This document shows, one piece after another, positions 15,664 to 15,695 of a stretch of DNA of 15,695 nt. How positions within the stretch are numbered: the stretch's first letter is position 1; the number at the start of each line of letters is the position of its first letter. The notes below the pieces were generated by a model, which searched no databases, had not been told where the DNA came from, and saw only the letters and a list, made by a program, of their open reading frames with translations. Location of the stretch: positions 45,108-60,802 of the forward strand of contig NZ_KB849235.1 in the NCBI RefSeq assembly GCF_000368045.1, in the 5' to 3' direction. This stretch comes from Acinetobacter johnsonii CIP 64.6 (GTDB taxonomy: Bacteria > Pseudomonadota > Gammaproteobacteria > Pseudomonadales > Moraxellaceae). The position numbers were made by a program, and so were the translations under genes.

Positions 15664-15695
15664 ATTGTGAATCTCAGTAAAATTATATTCACAAT
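15664..15695. repeat. 9-bp inverted repeat ATTGTGAAT-N14-ATTCACAAT at the window edge (function unknown)
   Basis: ATTGTGAAT (15664..15672) is the exact reverse complement of ATTCACAAT (15687..15695). The window ends here, so the context is missing. Confidence 0.3.

Noticed and set aside
15620-15695. tRNA-like fragment (CTCAGTTGGT resembles a D-loop)
   Set aside because: There is no complementary D-stem, no T-arm (GTTCGAAT-type) and no acceptor pairing, so it is not a tRNA gene.
1-15695. Search for CRISPR arrays, vgrG/PAAR/effector-immunity pairs and toxin-antitoxin modules
   Set aside because: There are no tandem direct repeats with spacers. Every ORF above 150 aa is accounted for by T6SS core or accessory genes or by the transposase. 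No VgrG (gp27/gp5), PAAR or small immunity-like ORFs are present in this window.

Overview
The window holds the main structural operon of an Acinetobacter-type type VI secretion system (T6SS). On the + strand, tightly packed, are asaA-tssB-tssC-hcp-tssE-tssF-tssG-asaB-tssM-tagF-tagN (about 455..14044). The first codons of a ClpV/TssH-like gene are transcribed divergently at the left edge (1..106, - strand), across a roughly 350 bp AT-rich control region. The operon ends in a perfect 22-bp-arm palindromic terminator (14043..14094). Directly after it lies a roughly 1.48 kb insertion sequence (14097..15577). It encodes a DDE transposase on the - strand that looks like the IS1202/ISNCY family, and it is flanked by a 6-bp direct repeat, ACTTAT. 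The right-hand repeat copy directly abuts a 28-bp XerC/XerD dif-type recombination site (15584..15611; 25/28 identical to E. coli dif, with identical spacer and XerD arm). This IS-next-to-Xer-site junction at the edge of a T6SS cluster is the most unusual feature. Secondary points are the genus-restricted accessory genes asaA and asaB in a cluster showing no tssJ, several corrected start codons, and an intrinsic terminator isolating hcp. All family assignments come from reading the translated ORFs and recalling motifs; no database search was possible. No vgrG, PAAR, effector/immunity, tRNA, rRNA or CRISPR features were seen.
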